This document shows, piece by piece, positions 23,105 to 30,347 of a stretch of DNA of 37,701 nucleotides (positions are counted from its first letter, which is position 1; each line of letters opens with the position of its first letter). Location: assembly GCA_038061815.1 (NCBI GenBank), contig JBBTYK010000007.1, positions 1 to 37,701 on the forward strand, given 5' to 3'. The notes beneath the pieces were generated by a model, which was not told where the DNA came from, did not search any database, and worked only from the letters and a program-made list of their open reading frames with translations. The stretch comes from Patescibacteria group bacterium. Its GTDB lineage: Bacteria; Patescibacteriota; Patescibacteriia; Magasanikbacterales; JBBTXJ01. The position numbers and the translations under genes are program-made.

Positions 23105-24580
23105 TCACGGCACTCGGGCGGATGCCGTGCCGGAATACGGAGAATTGCCGATGCGATTGTATGCACGCACGCGATAGTAATACACGCCTGCCGGCAAACC
23201 GGCATCCGCGTATGAGGCGGTTAAAGCACCATCAAGAGAGGCAACCTGAATGAAACTCTGCTCGTCAACGCCGCGCTCCAGCAAAAATCCTTCCGTGTTC
23301 GTCGTGCTCCTCGTCCATGTTGAAACGAGAATGGTGGTACTCGCGGTTACGCGGAGATTCGCAGGAGCGCCGGGCGCGCGCGTATAACGAACCAAACGAT
23401 TACTGGCGGCGTACGTGGCGGAGCGGCCGCGCGCATTTGAGGCATAGATACGATAAGATAATCCGTCATCCGATGGTGCGCGGCGGTCAACATACGATGT
23501 GGTATTCGCCAGCGCGAACGATACATCGCGCACCGAACCGCGGTCATCGAAACGTTCAATGCGGAATTCCTGTTCATTTGTTGAATGGTCAATCCACTGA
23601 ATCACAACACCCTCATTAGTAGATGACGCGGCGGCGTTCGTGGGCGCTGCCGGCGGATTCACGGCATTTACTGCCGCAACTACCCCCGAAGACGCTGAAA
23701 AACCGACCAAATTAAACGCGCGAACACGATACTGTATCGTTTGGTCGCGCGGAATTGCATTGTGTTGATATGATGTCGCATTTGCCGCCGGACGCGCGAG
23801 TTCTGCCCATGGGCCGTCTGGACCGGTTACGCTTGATTCTACGACAAAACCATCTTCATTATTCGCGTTGTCACGCCAACGCAACATATTGGCAGCATTC
23901 TGATTCGTCGCGCGCAACTCTGTCGGCGCAGCCGGCAGCAACAATGGCCGATATTTCAAACGCACCGCAACGCGGCTCACGCGAGCGCCCAATGCCCCTC
24001 CGGCATATTCAAAACCAACCTGTAACGTACTTGTGGCCACCTTGGTAAAAACCGCTCTGCCCGTAAGAAAAACAGCAGATAATTCCACCGGCTCAACTCC
24101 TGATGCTCGCACCTTTCTTCCGCTGACAACGCGGCCGTTATTGATACGAGCGAGTGTGGTTATTTCACTTCGCGTATTGCCCTCGCTTGCGTTTGACGCG
24201 CACAATCGCATCTCAATAGCGGTTACTTGAGCAAAATCTGGAACGCGCCCAATGTCAACGGTAAATAATTCCTTTTTGCGGGCAGTCAATGTGGAAAGAT
24301 GTGTCGCCGTTCCATCACACGCTTCTTCGTTCACCATCGTCGCATGAACATCAGTCCCCTCAACAGACGGCGCCCATTCATTTTTGACGCCATCGCTAAT
24401 GGGCAAAAGCGTTTCGCTGTATAGCAACGCCGGAACTCTCGCGACTCCCTGGGCTTTGGATACGCGCGGCTGTAAGGAAACTGATACAAGGTTGGTGGTT
24501 ATTAAACTCACGCCAAGTACAAGCAACGCCGCGAAACCTATCTTTTCGCCGATACTAAAAAGTGGGGTCTTCTTTTTCAT
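23105..24580 (-). CDS. Membrane-anchored/secreted surface protein with three fibronectin type III-like repeats
   Basis: N-terminal hydrophobic anchor IGFAALLVLGVSLITT. Three ~95-aa repeats each start with P.AP(T/A)(E/N)L.. and end with a Y(R)V(R)A.N..G.S strand: IQYRVRAFNLVGFS, LSYRIYASNARGRS, YYYRVRAYNRIGNS. A strong SD (aaaggagg) precedes the ATG. Confidence 0.8.
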   Translation of the reverse strand: MKKKTPLFSIGEKIGFAALLVLGVSLITTNLVSVSLQPRVSKAQGVARVPALLYSETLLPISDGVKNEWAPSVEGTDVHATMVNEEACDGTATHLSTLTARKKELFTVDIGRVPDFAQVTAIEMRLCASNASEGNTRSEITTLARINNGRVVSGRKVRASGVEPVELSAVFLTGRAVFTKVATSTLQVGFEYAGGALGARVSRVAVRLKYRPLLLPAAPTELRATNQNAANMLRWRDNANNEDGFVVESSVTGPDGPWAELARPAANATSYQHNAIPRDQTIQYRVRAFNLVGFSASSGVVAAVNAVNPPAAPTNAAASSTNEGVVIQWIDHSTNEQEFRIERFDDRGSVRDVSFALANTTSYVDRRAPSDDGLSYRIYASNARGRSATYAASNRLVRYTRAPGAPANLRVTASTTILVSTWTRSTTNTEGFLLERGVDEQSFIQVASLDGALTASYADAGLPAGVYYYRVRAYNRIGNSPYSGTASARVP

Positions 24581-24645
24581 AACGAACCTCCTTTAATACT
24601 AACGGAGGTAGTATAGCATAAACCGCCAACGGTGGATAAATGACA

Positions 24646-25371
24646 TTACTGAAGCAACGAAATAATCTTTTGTATCAAAGCCGGGTCGGTTTTGAACAAA
24701 TCCGTCCCATGCGCCGAACCGCGATAGCGCAAAACCTCCGGCTCAACCGCTACCATGCGGCCAGCGAGCGTATTGACGGTATCAAATGAGTACGTATCTC
24801 CTTCTGCCGCCGCGAGCAACACCTTTTGAAAGGGCGCGATGTGCACACCGGCGCGTTCAGCGTTCACGCCGCGATATTCAAGACCCGGCGACAGCGCTAC
24901 GATAGCCGGTATCTTGGTATGTTCAGAGCCGTACACCATCGCGAGATTTGCGCCGATGCTCGCGCCGACGAGCGCAATCGTTTCTTCACGAGCGCCTTTT
25001 TCTTTCAGCCATGCGACTGCGGCTTCAACATCGCGCATCTTTGCCTGTTGTTCCGTATCGGAAAATTTTTTGTAATCAAGCGCGCCGCCCTGCGATGCGA
25101 TACTCTCTCCATGTCCGCGAAAATCTATTGCGAGCGATGCCACACCCGCCGTCTGTAACGCTTCCGCAAGCGGATGCCAACTTTCTTTGGAGGCCGGCAT
25201 CATGTGCAAGAGGAGCACAAAACGTTTGGACTCTGGCGCCGCATACCAATTCCCGACAATCGTGATTCCATCGCTCGTTTGAAATGAAATTTTTTCCATA
25301 GTAAGTGGTGATTTAGCGCAGCCGAAACCAAGCAATAACAAAATACTAATAAACAGGACTGCTTTTCCCAT
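24646..25371 (-). CDS. Secreted alpha/beta-fold hydrolase (dienelactone-hydrolase/S9-like)
   Basis: Signal peptide MGKAVLFISILLLLGFGCAKS, nucleophile elbow GASIGA (G-x-S-x-G), and HG near the C-terminus (GSAHGTD). I place the start at ATG 25371, which overlaps the tdk 3' end by 26 nt. The track's longer N-terminus is not hydrolase-like. Confidence 0.75.
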   Translation of the reverse strand: MGKAVLFISILLLLGFGCAKSPLTMEKISFQTSDGITIVGNWYAAPESKRFVLLLHMMPASKESWHPLAEALQTAGVASLAIDFRGHGESIASQGGALDYKKFSDTEQQAKMRDVEAAVAWLKEKGAREETIALVGASIGANLAMVYGSEHTKIPAIVALSPGLEYRGVNAERAGVHIAPFQKVLLAAAEGDTYSFDTVNTLAGRMVAVEPEVLRYRGSAHGTDLFKTDPALIQKIISLLQ

Positions 25372-26029
25372 ATGGATTCTCCAGAATGACGGGTTGGCGT
25401 AAGGCGACCGTCGGCAGCGGGCATACTTTTCCAGGCACCATGTGATGCCGAACACAGCGCGCTTCGTATGATTCTTGCGAACCGATCATTTTGATGGGGT
25501 CGGAATACTGCGCAGGTTCGCCGCCGACGAGCCGTTGCGTGCGCGTTGCTTCGCGGCCGCAGCGTTCACCCGCATCACTGCGATACGTGCACACCGCGGA
25601 CAATTTCACAATAAAATCCGCGCGCACCAACAGATCCGCCATAGTGCGGGTGGAACCAAACCCAAACGGAAACGGCTCGCCGCGAAAATCCAAATTGAGT
25701 CCGGCGGCCATCACGCGCTTCCCCTGGTCAACGAGATGGCTGATGTAGTCAATGATGACGTCGTCAAAGAATTGAACCTCGTCAATAACGATAAACTGCG
25801 TTTCCGGCTGTACCAGCGCGATGAGGTCGCGGGTCCGACAAACCGGTATCGCCTGCATGTCGCTGCCGTCGTACGATGCCAGTTTGCCGCGCTGCGCATA
25901 ACGCGCATCCTCGCCAAAATTAAACAATTGCATTTCTTTTTCTGCAATCTGTTCCCTCCTAATCTGCCGAATCAATTCCGTGGACTTGCCGCTGAACATC
26001 GGACCGGTAATGACGGTGAGGGTGCTCAT
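25346..26029 (-). CDS. tdk: Thymidine kinase
   Basis: MSTLTVITGPMFSGKSTELIR (P-loop), VIDEVQFF (Walker B), and the zinc-ribbon-like C-terminal part C..R..C.. of type II TK. Confidence 0.93.
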   Translation of the reverse strand: MSTLTVITGPMFSGKSTELIRQIRREQIAEKEMQLFNFGEDARYAQRGKLASYDGSDMQAIPVCRTRDLIALVQPETQFIVIDEVQFFDDVIIDYISHLVDQGKRVMAAGLNLDFRGEPFPFGFGSTRTMADLLVRADFIVKLSAVCTYRSDAGERCGREATRTQRLVGGEPAQYSDPIKMIGSQESYEARCVRHHMVPGKVCPLPTVALRQPVILENPYGKSSPVY

Positions 26030-26042
26030 ACCGGTAGTGTAC

Positions 26043-27656
26043 CTATTTCTTCAAATCTTGCAATGAGATGCCCGGCGCGTTTGGGTCAACGATGATGACA
26101 TTCTCAATCTGCCGCGAAGGCTGCAACTGACGCGGCTGACCACCGCTCTGCGGTTGACCGCCGTCTTTCTTTTTATGATGACGCTTGCGCTTATGGCGCG
26201 CGCCGTCAGGAGACGCCGCAGTATACGATGGAACGCCAGGGACAACAACGACCGGCCGCGGCGGAGGCGGCAGCACCTTGATAATCTCAATCCCCGCTTC
26301 CTCATCGTTCTCATCACGACGCGGCGTTACCGGCTGTCCGGGCGCCAGTTCACCAAATCCGCTCCATCGCGCAACTTTTTCTTCAATGACCTGCCGGCTG
26401 CGGCCATACCGTTCGCGCGAAACCGCAATCACCCTCTCCGTGCTCCCCGTGCGCTGCGCAATGGGCGGCAGCGTCAAGGCCGAGAACGGCTGCGACGCCA
26501 CGCCGTCAATCATAAGCCGCAAATAAATCTGATACTTCGGCAGATTCACGAGGTCAACAATCAAAAATTGCGGGTCAAATTCTTTTTCCAGCGCCTCGGC
26601 GTCCTCCGCGCCGATGCGGAAGGTAATCAGCGTTCCCACGTTGCCGAACACCGCATAGCGCACTTCTTCCGTCAGCTGCTCAATATACTGGTGCGCCATG
26701 ATGAGACTCAAATGATACTTGCGCGCTTCTGACAAAATGTTCGCGAACGACTCGGTGGCGAAATTTTGAAACTCGTCAACGTACAGGAAAAAATCCGGCC
26801 GCTCCGCTTCCGGCATATCCACGCGTTCCATCGCGGACAACTGAATTTTCGTGACAATCATGCCGCCCAACAATCGCGAATTATCCTCACCGATGCGTCC
26901 CTTTGACAGGTTCACAATCAAAATCTTGCCGCTATCCATAATTTCGCGGATATTGATGGTTGACTTCACCTGCGCGACGATATTGCGGATGACGGACGCG
27001 GACAAAAACTGTCCGATTTTGTTCTGAATGGCTGCGGTGGCTTCCGATGCAAACTTATCTGTGTACTTTGCGTATTCATCAACCCAGAACGCTTTTACCA
27101 CCGGGTCTTTGATTTGCGCAACCACCTTTTTACGATACACGGCATCGGCGAAAATCCGGTTGACGCCGAGCAACGTGCTTCCCGGACAATCCATGAGCGC
27201 CAGAATGGCGTTGTTCAGCAAATACTCCATACGCGCGCTCCACTGGTCAACCCAGATTTTTTTGAACACGCCCATGAGGCCACCGACCACCAAATGTTTG
27301 TGGTCAGGATTGATGGTTTCCAAAATGTTGAACCCGATTGGATATTCTAAATCGGCTGGATTGAAATACACCACGTCGTTAATGCGGTGAGGCGGAACGA
27401 AATCAATCATTTTTTCCGCGAAATCGCCGTGCGGGTCAACGAGCGCAAATCCGTGGCCGGCATACATATCCGACAACACCATATTTTCCAGCATCGTGGT
27501 CTTTCCCATGCCGGTTTTTCCGAGCACATACATGTGCCGCCGCCGGTCATCCAGTTTAATGCCAAAACGCCGGTTCTCATTCCGGAAGTTCGTCTGCGCA
27601 AACAGAGCGATGTCTTTTGTCACAACGGGTGTATGCAACGTTTGCATATTAAACAA
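26043..27656 (-). CDS. FtsK/HerA-superfamily P-loop ATPase, type IV secretion coupling protein (VirD4/TraD/TraG)-like, without N-terminal TM segments
   Basis: Walker A HMYVLGKTGMGKTT (nt 27498-27521) is followed by ALVDPHGDF. Walker B plus the TraG-D_C-like block is FFLYVDEFQNFATESFANILSEARKYHLSLIMAHQYIEQL...VFGNVGTLITFR. The C-terminal tail is Pro-rich and basic (HKRKRHHKKK). Its start overlaps the stop of the upstream gene by 8 nt. Confidence 0.8.
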   Translation of the reverse strand: MFNMQTLHTPVVTKDIALFAQTNFRNENRRFGIKLDDRRRHMYVLGKTGMGKTTMLENMVLSDMYAGHGFALVDPHGDFAEKMIDFVPPHRINDVVYFNPADLEYPIGFNILETINPDHKHLVVGGLMGVFKKIWVDQWSARMEYLLNNAILALMDCPGSTLLGVNRIFADAVYRKKVVAQIKDPVVKAFWVDEYAKYTDKFASEATAAIQNKIGQFLSASVIRNIVAQVKSTINIREIMDSGKILIVNLSKGRIGEDNSRLLGGMIVTKIQLSAMERVDMPEAERPDFFLYVDEFQNFATESFANILSEARKYHLSLIMAHQYIEQLTEEVRYAVFGNVGTLITFRIGAEDAEALEKEFDPQFLIVDLVNLPKYQIYLRLMIDGVASQPFSALTLPPIAQRTGSTERVIAVSRERYGRSRQVIEEKVARWSGFGELAPGQPVTPRRDENDEEAGIEIIKVLPPPPRPVVVVPGVPSYTAASPDGARHKRKRHHKKKDGGQPQSGGQPRQLQPSRQIENVIIVDPNAPGISLQDLKK

Positions 27657-29154
27657 CAGGCAAGTTGGGCGGCGGAGCGCCGGTTGCTTCTGCGGGCGCC
27701 TCGTGAGGCGCGGCGGCGGGGGCAGAGGCGCTCTCCCCTTCGTGCGGATGTCGTTTCTTATGAATCAATCCGATATCAGAACTGAACGGCGGCGGCGCTT
27801 CCGCGGTTGCCGATTTAATGGGAATACCGTGCGGCGCATCCTCAAACGGAATCTCCGTCGGCAAATATGACGGCGGCTGGGCGCGCTTCGCCTCAAGACG
27901 TTTCAACAGCGGCGTCTTCACCGTCATCACCGGGAAGTGCCACAACGTAGCCAGTTCTTCCGTGTTCAAAATAAATTCGTACCGTCCGGCCCACGTGCTC
28001 CGTTTTTGATACGCTCGCATGATTTTGGTGGCGCGGATATTTTTACGCGCCTCGGTAAAAACATAATGCGCGGCAACACCGGTCATTTTGTAATCCGGTT
28101 TCAAACTATTTGACGATTCATCGGAGAACTGTTTGATTGCGCCCACCAATCCATACATCACGCGGCTCTTGTCAAAACGCTCTTTCTCCGCCACATACAC
28201 CGCGCGCATTTTGCAGTTGAATCCAATTTTTGACACCTTAATTTCAACATCTTCAATAGTTTTCCGCTCGCCGGGCGTCAGCGCAAACATGCCAAAGGTC
28301 AGCTTCTCTTCCTTGGCCGACTCGGCGAACAATTCCAGCCCGAACCCGCTCGCAATCTCGCGCACGAGCGCAAACGGAAGGTCGCTCAATTTTTGAATCC
28401 ACGTTTCCTTTTTCTTCACTTCTTTCCCCATCAATTTTTTTGCCATTTCAAACCCTTTCGCTTTCCATGACTGCCCGATAGGTTTCACTAAAATCTGCAA
28501 CCACATCTGCTCCCCTTTCCCGATGCGGCTGAAGGATTCCAGCAACGCCGCCATCGGGTCCTTAAAGTATTCTTTGTCGTTCGGGTCGGCGAACGCTTTG
28601 TACGTTTTAATGGGGTAGTAGTGATTTTCCGTCAAGACCCATTCTACGCCCCAACAGCTATGAGTATCATTGGGATATTCAGTGGGAATACCTTTTACAT
28701 AATCCTCCACTTCGGTAATTTCCGCGTCGGGATACTGCGCATAAATGGCGGATTCCACGAGGTCGCGATATTTCTTCTCCGTGCGAATGAGAAACTGGGT
28801 GTATCCTTCAATGCTGACAATCTCAAAACTAAACCATCGCTGGTACTGTCCTTGCCAATATTTTTCCATGAGGTCTCGCGTGGCATGGCCGCCGGCAAGG
28901 TGCGCAAAGATATTTTCTACGGCGAGCGGCGACTGCACGTTATCTGATGGAACGTCAACGGCAAGCAATACCCACTGAAATCCGGACTGATATTTTCCAA
29001 CGCGCGTGTTGTAAAACACATAAAACCCCATCCAAAAAACGATAGGAAACAAGAAAATCCATCCGCCGATGCGTGTGCCGAATACGAGCACATCCCACGT
29101 GCTCGCCGTCGCTGCCATGTCGAGAAATTGCAGCCACGCGTCAGCGTATGACAT
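27649..29154 (-). CDS. Membrane-anchored protein of unknown function (501 aa), translationally coupled to the coupling-protein-like ATPase
   Basis: There is one clear N-terminal TM segment (GGWIFLFPIVFWMGFYVFY), then a ~380-aa soluble region (FSFEIVSIEGYTQFLIRTEKKYRDLVESAIYAQYPDAEI...), then a Pro/Ala-rich tail. I recognise no family motif. It lies 3 nt after the upstream small gene. Confidence 0.7.
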   Translation of the reverse strand: MSYADAWLQFLDMAATASTWDVLVFGTRIGGWIFLFPIVFWMGFYVFYNTRVGKYQSGFQWVLLAVDVPSDNVQSPLAVENIFAHLAGGHATRDLMEKYWQGQYQRWFSFEIVSIEGYTQFLIRTEKKYRDLVESAIYAQYPDAEITEVEDYVKGIPTEYPNDTHSCWGVEWVLTENHYYPIKTYKAFADPNDKEYFKDPMAALLESFSRIGKGEQMWLQILVKPIGQSWKAKGFEMAKKLMGKEVKKKETWIQKLSDLPFALVREIASGFGLELFAESAKEEKLTFGMFALTPGERKTIEDVEIKVSKIGFNCKMRAVYVAEKERFDKSRVMYGLVGAIKQFSDESSNSLKPDYKMTGVAAHYVFTEARKNIRATKIMRAYQKRSTWAGRYEFILNTEELATLWHFPVMTVKTPLLKRLEAKRAQPPSYLPTEIPFEDAPHGIPIKSATAEAPPPFSSDIGLIHKKRHPHEGESASAPAAAPHEAPAEATGAPPPNLPVV

Positions 29155-29157
29155 GCG

Positions 29158-29325
29158 CTAATCCGGAATAAGAAAACTAAAAATGGTAATAAATACCACC
29201 GGCAAAAAAATGAGCGCCATCCACCACCATCCTTGCTGGCCCGCGTAGTATGAGCCGACAAACACCACAAAAAACAGCAGGGTGGCGAGGGTTGAATAAA
29301 TTGCGCGCCAAACTCGGTCCTCCAT
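29158..29325 (-). CDS. Small two-TM membrane protein (55 aa from ATG 29325; the track gives an 83-aa version from a GTG at 29409)
   Basis: MEDRVWRAIYSTLATLLFFVVFVGSYYAGQQGWWWMALIFLPVVFITIFSFLIPD has two hydrophobic helices. The longer GTG-initiated version would start inside a 10-bp perfect hairpin, so I prefer the ATG. Confidence 0.5.
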   Translation of the reverse strand: MEDRVWRAIYSTLATLLFFVVFVGSYYAGQQGWWWMALIFLPVVFITIFSFLIPD

Positions 29326-29341
29326 AGTCGAATAGACACGA

Positions 29342-29409
29342 GGACTAAACTGCTTTAGTCCGAGTGCGATGAGACGGGCATTATCGTGCTCGTGCTGCTG
29401 CACGAGCAC
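29342..29409 (-). promoter_or_regulatory. Two perfect hairpins in the leader of the three-gene module (8-bp GGACTAAA/TTTAGTCC and 10-bp GTGCTCGTGC/GCACGAGCAC)
   Basis: Stems at 29342-29349/29354-29361 and 29386-29395/29400-29409, each with a 4-nt loop. No T-run follows either on the minus strand. An extended -10 (TGgTATACT, rc of 29423-29431) lies just upstream. Confidence 0.55.
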
Positions 29410-29452
29410 ACCTTATAACGACAGTATACCACAACAACGAGGCTGTGGAAAA

Positions 29453-30346
29453 CTAGCGGCTGCCAACCCGATACCACGAAACGAGGAGCGGGCTCGCGAG
29501 GAAGATGGATGAGTAGACGCCGGAAATAAATCCGATAATAAGCGCCAGCGCAAACGGCTGGGTGCTGGCGCCGCCGAAGAAATACACCGCGATGAGCGAC
29601 AGCAGCGTGGTGAGCGTGGTATTGAACGAACGAGTGACCGTTTGCTCCACGCTTTCCGCAACCACCGTTTCAAACGGGTCATGGCGCCGCTTGAGCAAAT
29701 TTTCGCGAATACGGTCAAAGGTGACGATGGTGTCATTTACCGAAAATCCAAAAATGGTGAGCAGCGCCGTAACAAACAGCGCGTCCACCTCAATACCGGC
29801 AAACCGTCCAAGCACCGCAAACACGCCAGCGGGAATCGTGATGTCATGAAGCAGCGCGATAATCGCGCACAAGCCGTATTTCCACGAACTCACCGGCTCC
29901 GATACGCGGCGAAACGTCCATGCGATATACACAATAATCGCAAGCATAACGAGCACGATGGCGTAGAGCGTATTTTCGCGCAATTCTTTGCTGATGGTGG
30001 GGCCGATAGTGTCAAACCGCTCCTCGTGCCACTCGTTCGCGAATGCTTGATTCAGCGTTTCCGTCAGCGCCTCGTGTTTCTTCTCGTCAATAAACGCCGC
30101 ACGCACGAGATACCCCGCCGTTCCCAGCGGCTGGACCGTCGCGCGCTCCACGCCCGCATCCGTCACGAGCTGTTCAACGCGCGCCTTATCCGGCCGCGCG
30201 CCCGTGAATTGCAATTCCGTGAGCGTGCCGCCGGTGAAATCAATGCCAAAACGCAACCCAAACACAGCAATCGCAACAAGCGAAACGAGCGCCAATCCGC
30301 TGGAAAGGAGAAACCAATATCGTCGCGTGGTCACTACATTCACCAT
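29453..30346 (-). CDS. secF: Protein translocase subunit SecF
   Basis: LRFGIDFTGGT at the start of the periplasmic domain, and a C-terminal 6-TM core with FGFSVNDTIVTFDRIREN. I place the start at ATG 30346 (MVNVVTTRRYWF), directly after the secD stop at 30348-30350. Confidence 0.93.
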   Translation of the reverse strand: MVNVVTTRRYWFLLSSGLALVSLVAIAVFGLRFGIDFTGGTLTELQFTGARPDKARVEQLVTDAGVERATVQPLGTAGYLVRAAFIDEKKHEALTETLNQAFANEWHEERFDTIGPTISKELRENTLYAIVLVMLAIIVYIAWTFRRVSEPVSSWKYGLCAIIALLHDITIPAGVFAVLGRFAGIEVDALFVTALLTIFGFSVNDTIVTFDRIRENLLKRRHDPFETVVAESVEQTVTRSFNTTLTTLLSLIAVYFFGGASTQPFALALIIGFISGVYSSIFLASPLLVSWYRVGSR

Positions 30347-30347
30347 A

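Noticed and set aside
23065-23205. 47-aa N-terminal extension of mnmA in the ORF track (start at 23205)
   Set aside because: The extension would overlap the 3' end of the FN3 protein gene by 101 nt and is not MnmA-like. The ATG at 23064 gives the canonical MRAKK..IIVAMSGGVDSS N-terminus.
24585-24609. Apparent SD-sequestering hairpin (ACCTCC ... GGAGGT) upstream of the FN3 protein gene, as a possible RNA thermometer or translational switch
   Set aside because: The anti-SD arm (rc of 24604-24609) lies between the predicted -10 (rc of 24610-24615) and the expected transcription start. It would probably not be part of the mRNA. Only TSS mapping could revive this idea.
25346-25371. 26-nt overlap between tdk and the hydrolase gene as a possible frameshift or fusion artefact
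   Set aside because: Both frames are intact, with recognisable termini: the TK zinc-ribbon region upstream of the overlap, and a clean signal peptide starting at the hydrolase ATG. Short overlaps are common in this window. There is no evidence of a pseudogene.
25475-26095. 206-aa plus-strand ORF antisense to tdk; also 29642-30397 (antisense to secF), 33660-34280 and 34449-35159 (antisense to secA), and 5340-6017 (antisense to the secreted repeat protein)
   Set aside because: All lie opposite strongly supported genes and have Arg/His/Phe-rich translations without motifs. They are shadow ORFs.
29326-29409. 83-aa version of the small membrane protein starting at the GTG at 29409
   Set aside because: The GTG lies inside the 10-bp perfect hairpin, and the extra 28 residues are hydrophilic with no signal. 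The internal ATG at 29325 gives a compact two-TM protein. Not fully excluded.
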